From contig OZ241911.1 of the NCBI GenBank assembly GCA_965203785.1, forward strand, positions 736,540 to 800,539: a stretch of DNA of 64,000 bases, written 5' to 3'. Under the pieces are notes generated by a model. The model ran no database searches. It worked only from the letters and a program-made list of their open reading frames with translations, and was not told the origin of the DNA. The DNA is from Bdellovibrionales bacterium (GTDB lineage Bacteria > Bdellovibrionota > Bdellovibrionia > Bdellovibrionales > UBA1609). The position numbers were made by a program, and so were the translations under genes. Below, one piece after another: positions 29,604 to 38,185 of the stretch; positions within the stretch are counted from its first letter, which is position 1, and every line of letters begins with the position of its first letter.

Positions 29604-31604
29604 TTAAGAGGTATTTTTGCAAAAAAGGTTTTTTAATTGAGAAAATCTAGAAGGTTTGTATTTTTCATACTCTTCTTGTTTAATGTAGAGTCCCATAAAT
29701 TTTATCTTTTTTTGAGCTTGGTTTATATCAGTGCACCACTGATACAGTCTTTCTATTTTTTTAATATCATCTAAGTCTTCTCTTCCTTTAGTTTCTACAA
29801 TATAAATTTCTTTTTCAGATGTTTTTATTAAAAAATCAGGATAGTAATCTTTTATCTCTCCATTAGTGGTTTGGTAGTCAATTTTAAAATGAACAGAAAA
29901 ATAATTTTTAGCATAAGATATAATGTCATCACAATTTTTAAGAAAGCTTGCAAATTCTAATTCAAAATGACTGTCACCTACTATTTTATTAAATGCACTT
30001 TTTTTTGGGACAACAAAGCTTTGTTCTTTAATAACAAATGGGCGGGATTTACTAATTTTAATATAATCTCTAATTTCTACATCTCCTTTATCAACAACAG
30101 TCAGGTTATTTATTTCTTTCTTAAAGTTTTCAATAATTGTTTTTGTGACTTCTAATTCAGAAAGATTACGGAGAATATTCAAATTATCTAATTTAATTTT
30201 TTTTGTAAAAAGATAATTTATTATAAATTCTTTTACTTTTCCATATAAGATATCATGACTTCCAAATAACCGAAGTTCTTTTCTTATAGTTTCTGCAAAA
30301 TACCCAATAACACTTGAATAAGAAGGAATAAAATTACTATCAAATAAAGTTTTATGTGTTATTTCTCCAGATGTAATATCTCGAAATACAATTTCTTTTT
30401 TTTCTTCTTCACTAAATTGTTTTATTTCTATTTTTTTATGAGAGAATTGACTAGGATTTAATTCCGATAATTTTTTGTACTCTCTGCATATTCTTGGAGA
30501 TAAAATAGGGATTTCAATATCTAATTTTTGAATATCTTTTTTTATATTTTTCTCATCTATCTCTATAAGCAAAGGAGCATTTGGTTCTGTGCCTTCACCC
30601 ATTCTTTTGGTTTCTAATTCTACTCCTTCATGCTGTATAGATTCTACAAAATCCATAAAAGCAGGAGTGCCAACAACACTAACATATTCTGTAATATCTT
30701 CTCGTCCCCAATACATTCTTCTTAATCCTCTTCCTAAAGTTTGTTCTGGTAAAATATTACTTTGTGCAGTATAAGCTCGAAGACCTACAATGGTTGTAAC
30801 ATTTTTTACATCCCACCCTTCCTTTAGCATTAAAACAGATACAATAGCTTTATAAGGGCTTTGTTCTTTACTGGTATAAATACGTTGAATATTTGTAAGA
30901 AAAATGTTTCCAGTTTTTTTAACTAAACCAATGTTATCTTGTAAATGTAAGTTTAACTGAAAGTCATTTTTCCAGTTTTGCCCTTCAAAACCATTTTCTG
31001 GTAAAATAGGATCGTTAAAAAATATTTTAAGCCCTTCAAAGTCAGATCGAATACGATCTAAAACAATAATATTAGGTGTGATAATTAAAAAGTTTCTTGC
31101 CAGAGTGGAATGAGCTTCATAAAGTTTATGAAAAAAACTCCAAGCAACAAGTAAGCTTAGTACTTTTGTTTTACCTGTTCCTGTAGCCATCTTAATTACC
31201 ATTCTTAACCATTCTTCAGAAAATTGGCTTGAAGAAACAACACCAGAACTATCGTATCGAATGAGATCATATTTATTTTTAGCTTTAGCTACTTCGTAAA
31301 GAAAAATTACTGTTTCAATTGCTTCTCTTTGAGCAAAGTAATATTGAAAGTTAATTATACCTTCTTCTGTTTTTATAGGATGTTTTGTTTGAAATCACCA
31401 TTTAAGTAAGGTTTTGCTGGTGACACTTGCTCCTTCATATTGGCAATTTCTCCACTTTTTTATTTTCTGACGAAGTTTATGTACTAAAGGTGGTAGGAGT
31501 TTCCCATAGCCCCTTTGTCTTAAATCTTCATCTGCTGGAAACCAGCGAATGTCAGGATTCAGTATTTCATAAGGAGATTTTGGAAAATTTTTATGTAACG
31601 CCAT
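29604..31604 (-). pseudogene. Type III restriction Res-subunit-like DEAD/DEAH helicase, degraded
   Basis: ORFs 31395..31604 and 29604..31202 are in one frame, and the stretch 31203..31394 is open. They are interrupted only by TGA at 31395-31397, within '...SKTLLKW*FQTKH...FQYYFAQREAIETVIFLYEV...MATGTGKTKV'. Walker A is present, but no DExH box is visible before 'KAIVSVLMLKEGWDVKNV...QTLGRGLRR'. Confidence 0.75.
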
Positions 31605-32080
31605 TAGCTTTTAGTCTTTGCTGTAAATTCTATTTTTAATTCTTTAACAAATTCATAAATATTAATACACAGTATATTTTCTTTTTCACAAACATCAGGA
31701 ATTTTAATTTTTTTAGGTGCTTTTTGTTCTGCAGTAACCACTATAGCATTGTCACACTTAGCATGAGCTATTACCCAAGGGTCAGCCATAGACCTACCTT
31801 TTTGTTGATTAACCAATTGTGGATATGTTTTCATAATTTTTCTTAAATAAATTTGAACAGATTCATCAGGTTCTTTAAAAAGATCTGAAGTGTTAGTGAT
31901 CCATTTCAAAAGATCATCATCAATTTTTTTAATCTCATCTTTAACTTGCTTTGTGGCAAAAATTATACCTTTTTTACCTAAATTTTTAAGTAATTCCCAA
32001 TATCCTTTTGTAAATTGGGGAGAGTAGTATTTTGTCCAAGGTTCTATAAAAACATTGGTATCCAGGCAGTATTTTATCAT
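31604..32080 (-). CDS. DUF4411 PIN-like nuclease
   Basis: 158 aa. 'YCLDTNVFIEPW', 'ADPWVIAHAK' and 'AIVVTAEQ' are typical of DUF4411. It overlaps the upstream gene by 4 nt, and its stop overlaps the Res ATG by 1 nt. Confidence 0.75.
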   Translation of the reverse strand: MIKYCLDTNVFIEPWTKYYSPQFTKGYWELLKNLGKKGIIFATKQVKDEIKKIDDDLLKWITNTSDLFKEPDESVQIYLRKIMKTYPQLVNQQKGRSMADPWVIAHAKCDNAIVVTAEQKAPKKIKIPDVCEKENILCINIYEFVKELKIEFTAKTKS

Positions 32081-33297
32081 ATTGCACCTGTTGTTTTAAT
32101 AAGTTGATCTTTTATAGCTTTTTCCAAACTGTTAAGTTTCATGTCTAAGAGATTTGAAGCTTCTCTTCCAGTTAAGGTTCCTTCTTTATACGAGAAAAAT
32201 ACAATTTTTGTAAAACTTTCCCCATTGGCACGAATTTTTAAAAGGCTGGCATGAGGTCCACCTTTGTTTGTTTTCATTTTCTTCTCTAATTCATTTCTAT
32301 AGTGAGCAGATTCTTTGATATATTCTTTTTTAAGAGTTTCAAAAATACGAGGCTTTATAAGAGATAGGCTTTTTAATCTAATGAGCAAAGCCAGGCTACT
32401 CACTTTTAATTTTTTACAATTTAAATTTATAAATTCTTTTAATTTTTTATCTGTAAAATTACTTAATTTTGGAAAAGTTTTTATTTTTTTTTGTGGCATT
32501 AGTATTTCACCTGCTACTTGATTGCAAAAATATTCTGTATTTGATTTTTGAGCATTATTTTTTGGTAAAAAATGGTTAGGTACACCAGAAACATCTAACC
32601 ACAAGTGAGCTAGTTCGTGTAAAAGTGTAAATAATTTTGCACTATCAGAATCTTTTGAGTTAACAAAGATAAAAGGAGCATAAGGATCTGAAATAACAAA
32701 ACCCCTTGCTTCTTCAACTGGTATGGGGTTATGAGAATTTAAATTACTGGTGCGAGAAATAAAAATACCTTTTTTTTCACATTGATCGACCCAGTGGTTA
32801 AAAAGCACTCCTGTATTATTAATATCAGCTAACAATTTACAGTAGGTTTTTTCATTTTCCCAAATGGTATTTATAATATTTTGTGCGGTTTTTCTGACAG
32901 AAGATTTAATATTCATTGAGCCAATAAATGAAAGTTTATTATGTCCCTGTTCTTGTAAATATTGACTAAGCCAGGCTTGGCGTTCTTGTGTATGTCTCAT
33001 AAAGAATACTAATGGGGGACTATACTTAGGTTCTTTACCTCCCACAGTACGAAAATCTTTGAGCAAAGGAAAATCTCTTGGAGGGTGAGGAAGATAAAAA
33101 GCTGCCAGTGGTCTTCTATACACTTTTGACATTTTTTCAGCTTGTGCGAAGCTTGGTTTACTGATTCCTTGTTCCCAATCTTTTAATATATCTTCTGAAA
33201 TTCCTATTTTTTTAGAAGCTTCAGTAATAGAGTAGTGAGCTTTTTCTCTGGTCCATTTAATAACAGAAGGAGTAATAAGTGCTTTTTGTGTTTTCAT
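32077..33297 (-). CDS. XRE-type HTH fused to ImmA/IrrE (COG2856) zinc metallopeptidase
   Basis: 406 aa with the N-terminal HTH region 'ITEASKKIGISEDILKDWEQGISKPSFAQAEKMSKVY' and the HEXXH motif 'LLHELAHLWL'. Confidence 0.75.
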   Translation of the reverse strand: MKTQKALITPSVIKWTREKAHYSITEASKKIGISEDILKDWEQGISKPSFAQAEKMSKVYRRPLAAFYLPHPPRDFPLLKDFRTVGGKEPKYSPPLVFFMRHTQERQAWLSQYLQEQGHNKLSFIGSMNIKSSVRKTAQNIINTIWENEKTYCKLLADINNTGVLFNHWVDQCEKKGIFISRTSNLNSHNPIPVEEARGFVISDPYAPFIFVNSKDSDSAKLFTLLHELAHLWLDVSGVPNHFLPKNNAQKSNTEYFCNQVAGEILMPQKKIKTFPKLSNFTDKKLKEFINLNCKKLKVSSLALLIRLKSLSLIKPRIFETLKKEYIKESAHYRNELEKKMKTNKGGPHASLLKIRANGESFTKIVFFSYKEGTLTGREASNLLDMKLNSLEKAIKDQLIKTTGAI

Positions 33298-33479
33298 ATT
33301 CTTATTTCGATTACTTTCATTGTATCATTTCCAAAAATATCTACAATCTTAATAGCAATTTTTCTTCGACCTTTTTTTTAAATATTCGTGAAGAATATTT
33401 AATAACATCTCTTTTTTCCGCTTCCGTCAAATTCATTTTCATAATCTTTTTTCTCTAAAATAAAAAATTATTTCATCCA

Positions 33480-34643
33480 TTAAAAAGGAAGATCATCATA
33501 TTTTTGTTTTTTATTAGTTTTTTGTTTTTTAGCAATTAGTGTTTGGCTATCTATAATTTCAAAATGACTTTCTCCATTAATTTTTTGTATGGAATATCTA
33601 TTTTGGGTATGTTGAGATAAAATTTTGTCATTAAGTAACTCTGCATAATATCGACATTTGTTATTTTGTAATTGCTTTAAATGTTCTTCACTAATCCGAT
33701 CATATTTTGAACTAAAAGATAATAATACTGTAAGCTGGTTATTGTTTTCTGGATCTTTAATTGCAGTTACAATTTCTTCAATTTCTTGATCATTAAATTT
33801 AAAGTGTATTATATTCATCAATACTTGTCTTGCCCAATTAAAATCACTACCCTTAGCTTTAAGAAATTGATTTAAAAAATGCTTTTTAACAGACGAGTAT
33901 TGAGAAAACTCTTTTGTAATTAATCTAATTATATCACTAGTATTTGATTCAAGTTTTTTTACATCTAATGACATAGCTTGTATTTCACTTATAAACCCTT
34001 TTGGATCATAATTACCCAACTTTATGGGAATAATAGGAATATTTCTGGCTAATGCAAAACCAATTTCTTGATTCACCCACAAGCTTTTACAAGAATTTTC
34101 AGTAATGAGACAGAACATTATTTCCATTGAATTTAAAGCTTTTTTAATTTCCTGTTGCCATTGTTTTGCTGGTTCAATATCCTTATGAGCTACAAAACAG
34201 GAAAGATTATATCTTTTAAGATGGTCTTTTAATTTCTTTGCAATATCATAATTTTTTACAGAATGACTGATAAAAACTCTCAAACAATTTTTATCCCAAA
34301 AATCTGGAATTTTAGTATTCATAATTTTATTTTCTTTATAGATATTAAGATCAGCTTTGTATTCTAAAAATTCTTTTTTAGCTTCTTCAGGAAACAAATA
34401 TTGATACATGTCATACATTATTGTATTATCTAAGTTTTTAATAAGATTTAATATATTTTCATAAGAAAAATGTATATGATACGAATTACCAAAATCATCA
34501 TCTGTATAAAGTAAATCTTCAATTGAATCTTTGTCTTTTATATATTCTTCAATAAAAAAGAAGCCATTAGTTTTACCCATTTCTATAATTTTTTCTGTAA
34601 TTTTTGGGATAAATTCAAATCTTTGCTTCTTCGTTAAATTCAT
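33480..34643 (-). CDS. TIR-domain protein with unassigned N- and C-terminal regions
   Basis: 387 aa. Residues ~121-225 ('RVFISHSVKNYDIAKKLKDHL...CFVAHKDIEP...SLWVNQEIGFA') look like a TIR/DUF1863 fold with a candidate catalytic Glu193. An AAGGAG RBS precedes the ATG. The protein ends 'KYDDLPF'. Confidence 0.7.
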   Translation of the reverse strand: MNLTKKQRFEFIPKITEKIIEMGKTNGFFFIEEYIKDKDSIEDLLYTDDDFGNSYHIHFSYENILNLIKNLDNTIMYDMYQYLFPEEAKKEFLEYKADLNIYKENKIMNTKIPDFWDKNCLRVFISHSVKNYDIAKKLKDHLKRYNLSCFVAHKDIEPAKQWQQEIKKALNSMEIMFCLITENSCKSLWVNQEIGFALARNIPIIPIKLGNYDPKGFISEIQAMSLDVKKLESNTSDIIRLITKEFSQYSSVKKHFLNQFLKAKGSDFNWARQVLMNIIHFKFNDQEIEEIVTAIKDPENNNQLTVLLSFSSKYDRISEEHLKQLQNNKCRYYAELLNDKILSQHTQNRYSIQKINGESHFEIIDSQTLIAKKQKTNKKQKYDDLPF

Positions 34644-34680
34644 TTTTTTTCTCCTTACAAAATACTGCGTGTATTACTTT

Positions 34681-35553
34681 CTAAAAACTCATCTTCCAAT
34701 TATTAATTAGTTTATCTTCTTCATTATTGATTACTTCCTCTATATCTCCAGAATAACTTAAAACAGTCAATAATTTTCCATAAGAACCAAGACTCTGAAC
34801 TTCCTCCTTAACCTGGAGCAATTTATTTCCACTTAACCAGTTTCTAACATCAATTTCGTCTTCTTCATGTTCTATTTGAGAAAAGTATTTTTGATTTTTA
34901 TTGATTTTTGCTGTTAGTGAATTGGTTGGTACTGGGGATTTTTTGGTCGGCCAAACTAATTCTGGTAGAGATTTCATAGATTGAGACAGAAAACAAAAAT
35001 CTACTTTCATTCCCTTACTTACTATAACAGCGACAGCATCTTCAGATAAAGAAGTGTATCTAATAGCAGAAGAGATAAGAGAAGTTTTACAAGATTCTGC
35101 AATTTTTTTTATAGCGGAAAGTCCTGAAATATTTTTTCTAATTATAGGTTGAATTAAATTACTCGGCATTAACAAACCAGAGGCAAAATAATCTGCTTCC
35201 ATTTCATAAGAATCACTAGACACAAATCCAGAAGAAGATTGATGAGTACCATCTCCTTCATCAGGTAAAATATGATCCAAATGCCCTTCAAGAAAATAAT
35301 GACCTAATTCATGAGCAATAGAAAATCTTTGAAAACCTTCACTTTTAATATAAGTAGAATACATAATACCAAAAGAATTTCCATGTCGGAGCAATATACC
35401 TGATACACCTAAAGGGCAGACTTTTGGTTCAATCAGAATATTATGTTTATCGGCTACAGCTAATAAATCAATAGGTAAAGAATTATCTCCAGATTTTTTT
35501 GCAATATTTTCACCTTTTTGTGTTGCTATTTTTAGTTTAAAATTTTGATTCAT
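34681..35553 (-). CDS. ImmA/IrrE-family zinc metallopeptidase (CapP-like)
   Basis: 290 aa with HEXXH motif 'IAHELGHYFLEGH'. It overlaps the upstream HTH gene by 4 nt and is divergent from the CBASS operon. Confidence 0.75.
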   Translation of the reverse strand: MNQNFKLKIATQKGENIAKKSGDNSLPIDLLAVADKHNILIEPKVCPLGVSGILLRHGNSFGIMYSTYIKSEGFQRFSIAHELGHYFLEGHLDHILPDEGDGTHQSSSGFVSSDSYEMEADYFASGLLMPSNLIQPIIRKNISGLSAIKKIAESCKTSLISSAIRYTSLSEDAVAVIVSKGMKVDFCFLSQSMKSLPELVWPTKKSPVPTNSLTAKINKNQKYFSQIEHEEDEIDVRNWLSGNKLLQVKEEVQSLGSYGKLLTVLSYSGDIEEVINNEEDKLINNWKMSF

Positions 35554-35915
35554 GAATCTCGTTTTTTTGTGGCTTGTGAAGATTTATTCCGCTTTACCAA
35601 CATTTTGATAAAATCTTTAGCTAGTTTTAGATCATTTCCAGTTAGTTTGCTAAAATTTCTAAACAGAGGATCACCAAATGCAGACATTTCAGGATTATCA
35701 ACACGACCTAGTAGATAATCAGTAGTTACATTCAAAGCTATTGCCAATCGTCGCAAATTATCAAAAGAGGGTTTTCTTGAGCCAATTTCAAAGTGGGCAA
35801 TAGAACTTAGAGGCAAATTTGCATTTTTAGCTAACTCGCTCTGGTTCCATTGACGCACTACTCTGGCTATTTTAAGCCGTTTTTGGAACTTTTCAGAAGG
35901 TTTACTGTTACTCAT
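35550..35915 (-). CDS. XRE-family HTH transcriptional regulator (CapH-like)
   Basis: 121 aa. 'WNQSELAKNANLPLSSIAHFEIGSRKPSFDNLRRLAIALNVTTDYLLG' is a classic HTH_3 domain. Confidence 0.8.
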   Translation of the reverse strand: MSNSKPSEKFQKRLKIARVVRQWNQSELAKNANLPLSSIAHFEIGSRKPSFDNLRRLAIALNVTTDYLLGRVDNPEMSAFGDPLFRNFSKLTGNDLKLAKDFIKMLVKRNKSSQATKKRDS

Positions 35916-35938
35916 AATAAAAAATCGCCATAAAAAAA

Positions 35939-35976
35939 ATGTCTAACTTGACATATTATATTTTTGTTCCTAAATT
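35939..35976 (+). promoter_or_regulatory. Candidate CBASS promoter with overlapping inverted-repeat operator
   Basis: Inverted repeat ATGTC-N6-GACAT lies at 35939-35954. The plus-strand promoter is -35 TTGACA (35948-35953), a 17-nt spacer, then -10 TAAATT (35971-35976). A perfect TATAAT on the minus strand (35960-35955) faces the HTH gene. Confidence 0.45.
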
Positions 35977-36087
35977 ACCTCTAAAATGTAAATAATAAAA
36001 TGACGAAATCGCCAAGTCAATAGGAGTTATGAAAAATGTATGTATTATTACGAAGTGGTAATTTTTTAATAGTAGGAAGGAAGTATT

Positions 36088-37185
36088 ATGGATCAAAATA
36101 AGCCTTATAGAGTTCTCTCATTAGATGGAGGAGGTATGAGGGGTCTATATACAGCATCTGTCCTGCAATCTCTGATGAATTGCTTTTCCCAGTGTTCAAA
36201 TAGAGAAAACAAAGATATTGGAAAAGGTTTTGATCTAATAGTTGGAACGAGTACAGGAGGAATCTTAGCTTGTGGATTAGTCGCAGGTATTCCTATTAAT
36301 AAAATGATAGAGCTTTATTCTAAAAAAGGAAACAAGATATTCACTAATCCTTTTCCTTCTAAAGGAATTTTCAAAACATTACGTTGGATATTTAAGAATA
36401 GCTGTAAAACTGCAAACTCCAATAATATTCTAATCCAAGAATTACAAAATATATTCCACAATAAAACAATGGAACAAATCTATAATGAGAGGCAAGTTGG
36501 ATTATGTATTACTGCTGTTAATTTAATGGATCATTCCCCTAGGGTTTTCAAAACTCCCCATGATCCATTAAAAAATGTGGACAATAATAGAAAGTTAACG
36601 GATATATGTTTAGCTACTTCTGCTTTTCCTATATTACTTCCTATTGCACATATTCCTGATCCAGGAGGAAATAATATTTACGAAGATTTTGTAGATGGTG
36701 GTTTATGGGCAAACAGTCCTATTTTAGTGGCTTTAGTGGAAGCTATAACCTGCTCTAAAAAAGAGCAACCAATAGAAATTATATCTATTAGTTCTTGCTC
36801 TCCTTCAAAAGGTCAAACAGTTTTGGAAAGAGATATAAATAAAGGTTTGAAAGGATGGCGAGCTGGCATTCAACCTTTGGAGCTTTCAATGGATGCTCAA
36901 TCAAAATCTAATCATTTTGTTAGCGACTTTTTATGTACTCAATTAAATAAATTAGGGAAATATATTACAGTTGATCGTTTAAAGCAAAAATCTCCTTCTG
37001 CAGAGCAAGTAGATTTTTTTTCTATGGATCGAGCAGATGAACACACTTGCTCAATGTTAATAAAATGGGGAAAAAAAGATGCAGAAGAAATTTATGGGAC
37101 AATAATCAGAGAAAATAAATATAATATATTAAAAGCAATTTTTACTAATTTACCAAATCTAAAAGGAGGAAATAATCATGGCTAA
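36088..37185 (+). CDS. Patatin-like phospholipase, CBASS effector (CapV/CapE-like)
   Basis: 365 aa with oxyanion 'DGGGMRG', nucleophile 'GTSTGG' (Ser55) and the Asp dyad in 'FVDGGLWANSP'. An AGGAAGG RBS precedes it, and it overlaps the next gene by 8 nt. Confidence 0.85.
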   Translation: MDQNKPYRVLSLDGGGMRGLYTASVLQSLMNCFSQCSNRENKDIGKGFDLIVGTSTGGILACGLVAGIPINKMIELYSKKGNKIFTNPFPSKGIFKTLRWIFKNSCKTANSNNILIQELQNIFHNKTMEQIYNERQVGLCITAVNLMDHSPRVFKTPHDPLKNVDNNRKLTDICLATSAFPILLPIAHIPDPGGNNIYEDFVDGGLWANSPILVALVEAITCSKKEQPIEIISISSCSPSKGQTVLERDINKGLKGWRAGIQPLELSMDAQSKSNHFVSDFLCTQLNKLGKYITVDRLKQKSPSAEQVDFFSMDRADEHTCSMLIKWGKKDAEEIYGTIIRENKYNILKAIFTNLPNLKGGNNHG

Positions 37186-38185
37186 TATACAAAAACAATT
37201 AGAGGTATTCCATAAAAATATCAAAGTTGAATCCAGCGAATTAAGAGAAAAAAGAGATATTATTTTAAATAAAATAAGAAAATCTCTTTCTGAAGATAAA
37301 AAACCTATCCCAGAAGTTCTAAATCAAGGAAGTTATATATATGGAGTGGGAATCAAACCTGTTTCAGAAGAGGACTATGATATTGATGTAGGACTTGATT
37401 TTAATATTAAATCTTCAGACTACAATGCGGAAGCAGTTAGAAAATGGGTTTATGATGCAATCAAAAAACATACAGATAAAGTGCAAAGTAAAGGACCTTG
37501 TATTCGGGTTATATATCAAATAGGTTATCATGTTGATCTTGTATGTTATGCCAGATATAAAGATAATGATCTAACTGAGAATTTTCAATTAGCCCATAAA
37601 AACGGTTTATGGATGCCATCTGATCCTAAAAAAATAAAATATCATATTCAAAAAGCCAGAGAAAAGTTTAAAGACACAAAAGACAGTAGTGGTTCAGATC
37701 AATTACAAAGAATAGTCCGATATTTTAAAAGGTGGAATGACTTAATGATTGTAGCTGAATCTAATGACAAACCTATTGGTTTGGCAATTTTGCTTTATTG
37801 CATTGAAACATTGCCATTCTCTACTTGTGATTCTAAAGGTGATTTAGATGACTTACAAGCTCTTATAATTATTTCTGAAAAAGCGAAACACAGTACCAGA
37901 ATTTGTGTCAAAAAACCAGATACTGAAGAAGATGTCTTTAGTAAAATAAGCGAAAAAGGAATGACAGAGCTTATCATTAAATTTCACAAATTATATGAAG
38001 CTTTATTAAATGCAAGAAATTCTGATTGTTTGGAGGACGCTTGTAAAATAATGAGAGAGCAATTTGGAGATGATTTTCCATTGGAAAAAAATGATGAAGA
38101 TAAAAATAAAACAAAAGCTTCTCTTTTATCAGCAACAGTTTCAAGTTACTCAACTTCCTTTAAACCTTATGGACAAACAAAATGA
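37178..38185 (+). CDS. CD-NTase (cGAS/DncV-like nucleotidyltransferase, SMODS)
   Basis: 335 aa with the Pol-beta NTase signature 'QGSYIYGVGIKPVSEEDYDIDVG' (G51-S52, D68, D70). 'YHVDLV' supplies a third acidic residue (D120). It overlaps the next gene by 4 nt. Confidence 0.8.
   Translation: MANIQKQLEVFHKNIKVESSELREKRDIILNKIRKSLSEDKKPIPEVLNQGSYIYGVGIKPVSEEDYDIDVGLDFNIKSSDYNAEAVRKWVYDAIKKHTDKVQSKGPCIRVIYQIGYHVDLVCYARYKDNDLTENFQLAHKNGLWMPSDPKKIKYHIQKAREKFKDTKDSSGSDQLQRIVRYFKRWNDLMIVAESNDKPIGLAILLYCIETLPFSTCDSKGDLDDLQALIIISEKAKHSTRICVKKPDTEEDVFSKISEKGMTELIIKFHKLYEALLNARNSDCLEDACKIMREQFGDDFPLEKNDEDKNKTKASLLSATVSSYSTSFKPYGQTK

Noticed and set aside
31395-31397. The in-frame TGA aligned to a conserved Trp in the Res helicase could mean TGA=Trp recoding (genetic code 4).
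   Set aside because: Well-recognised genes in the same window terminate at TGA at the expected position (rpsN ends ...KSSW-TGA). Other conserved proteins have normal lengths under code 11. A TGG->TGA nonsense mutation in a decaying gene is the simpler reading.
33298-33440. Small minus-strand ORF ('MKMNLTEAEKRDVIKYSSRIFKK...') that would continue as '...GRRKIAIKIVDIFGNDTMKVIEIRI' after a frameshift in an A8 tract, ending on the ATGA start of the HTH-ImmA gene.
   Set aside because: It is too short and matches no recognisable family. It could be a leader peptide or a gene remnant, but I cannot support either from sequence alone.
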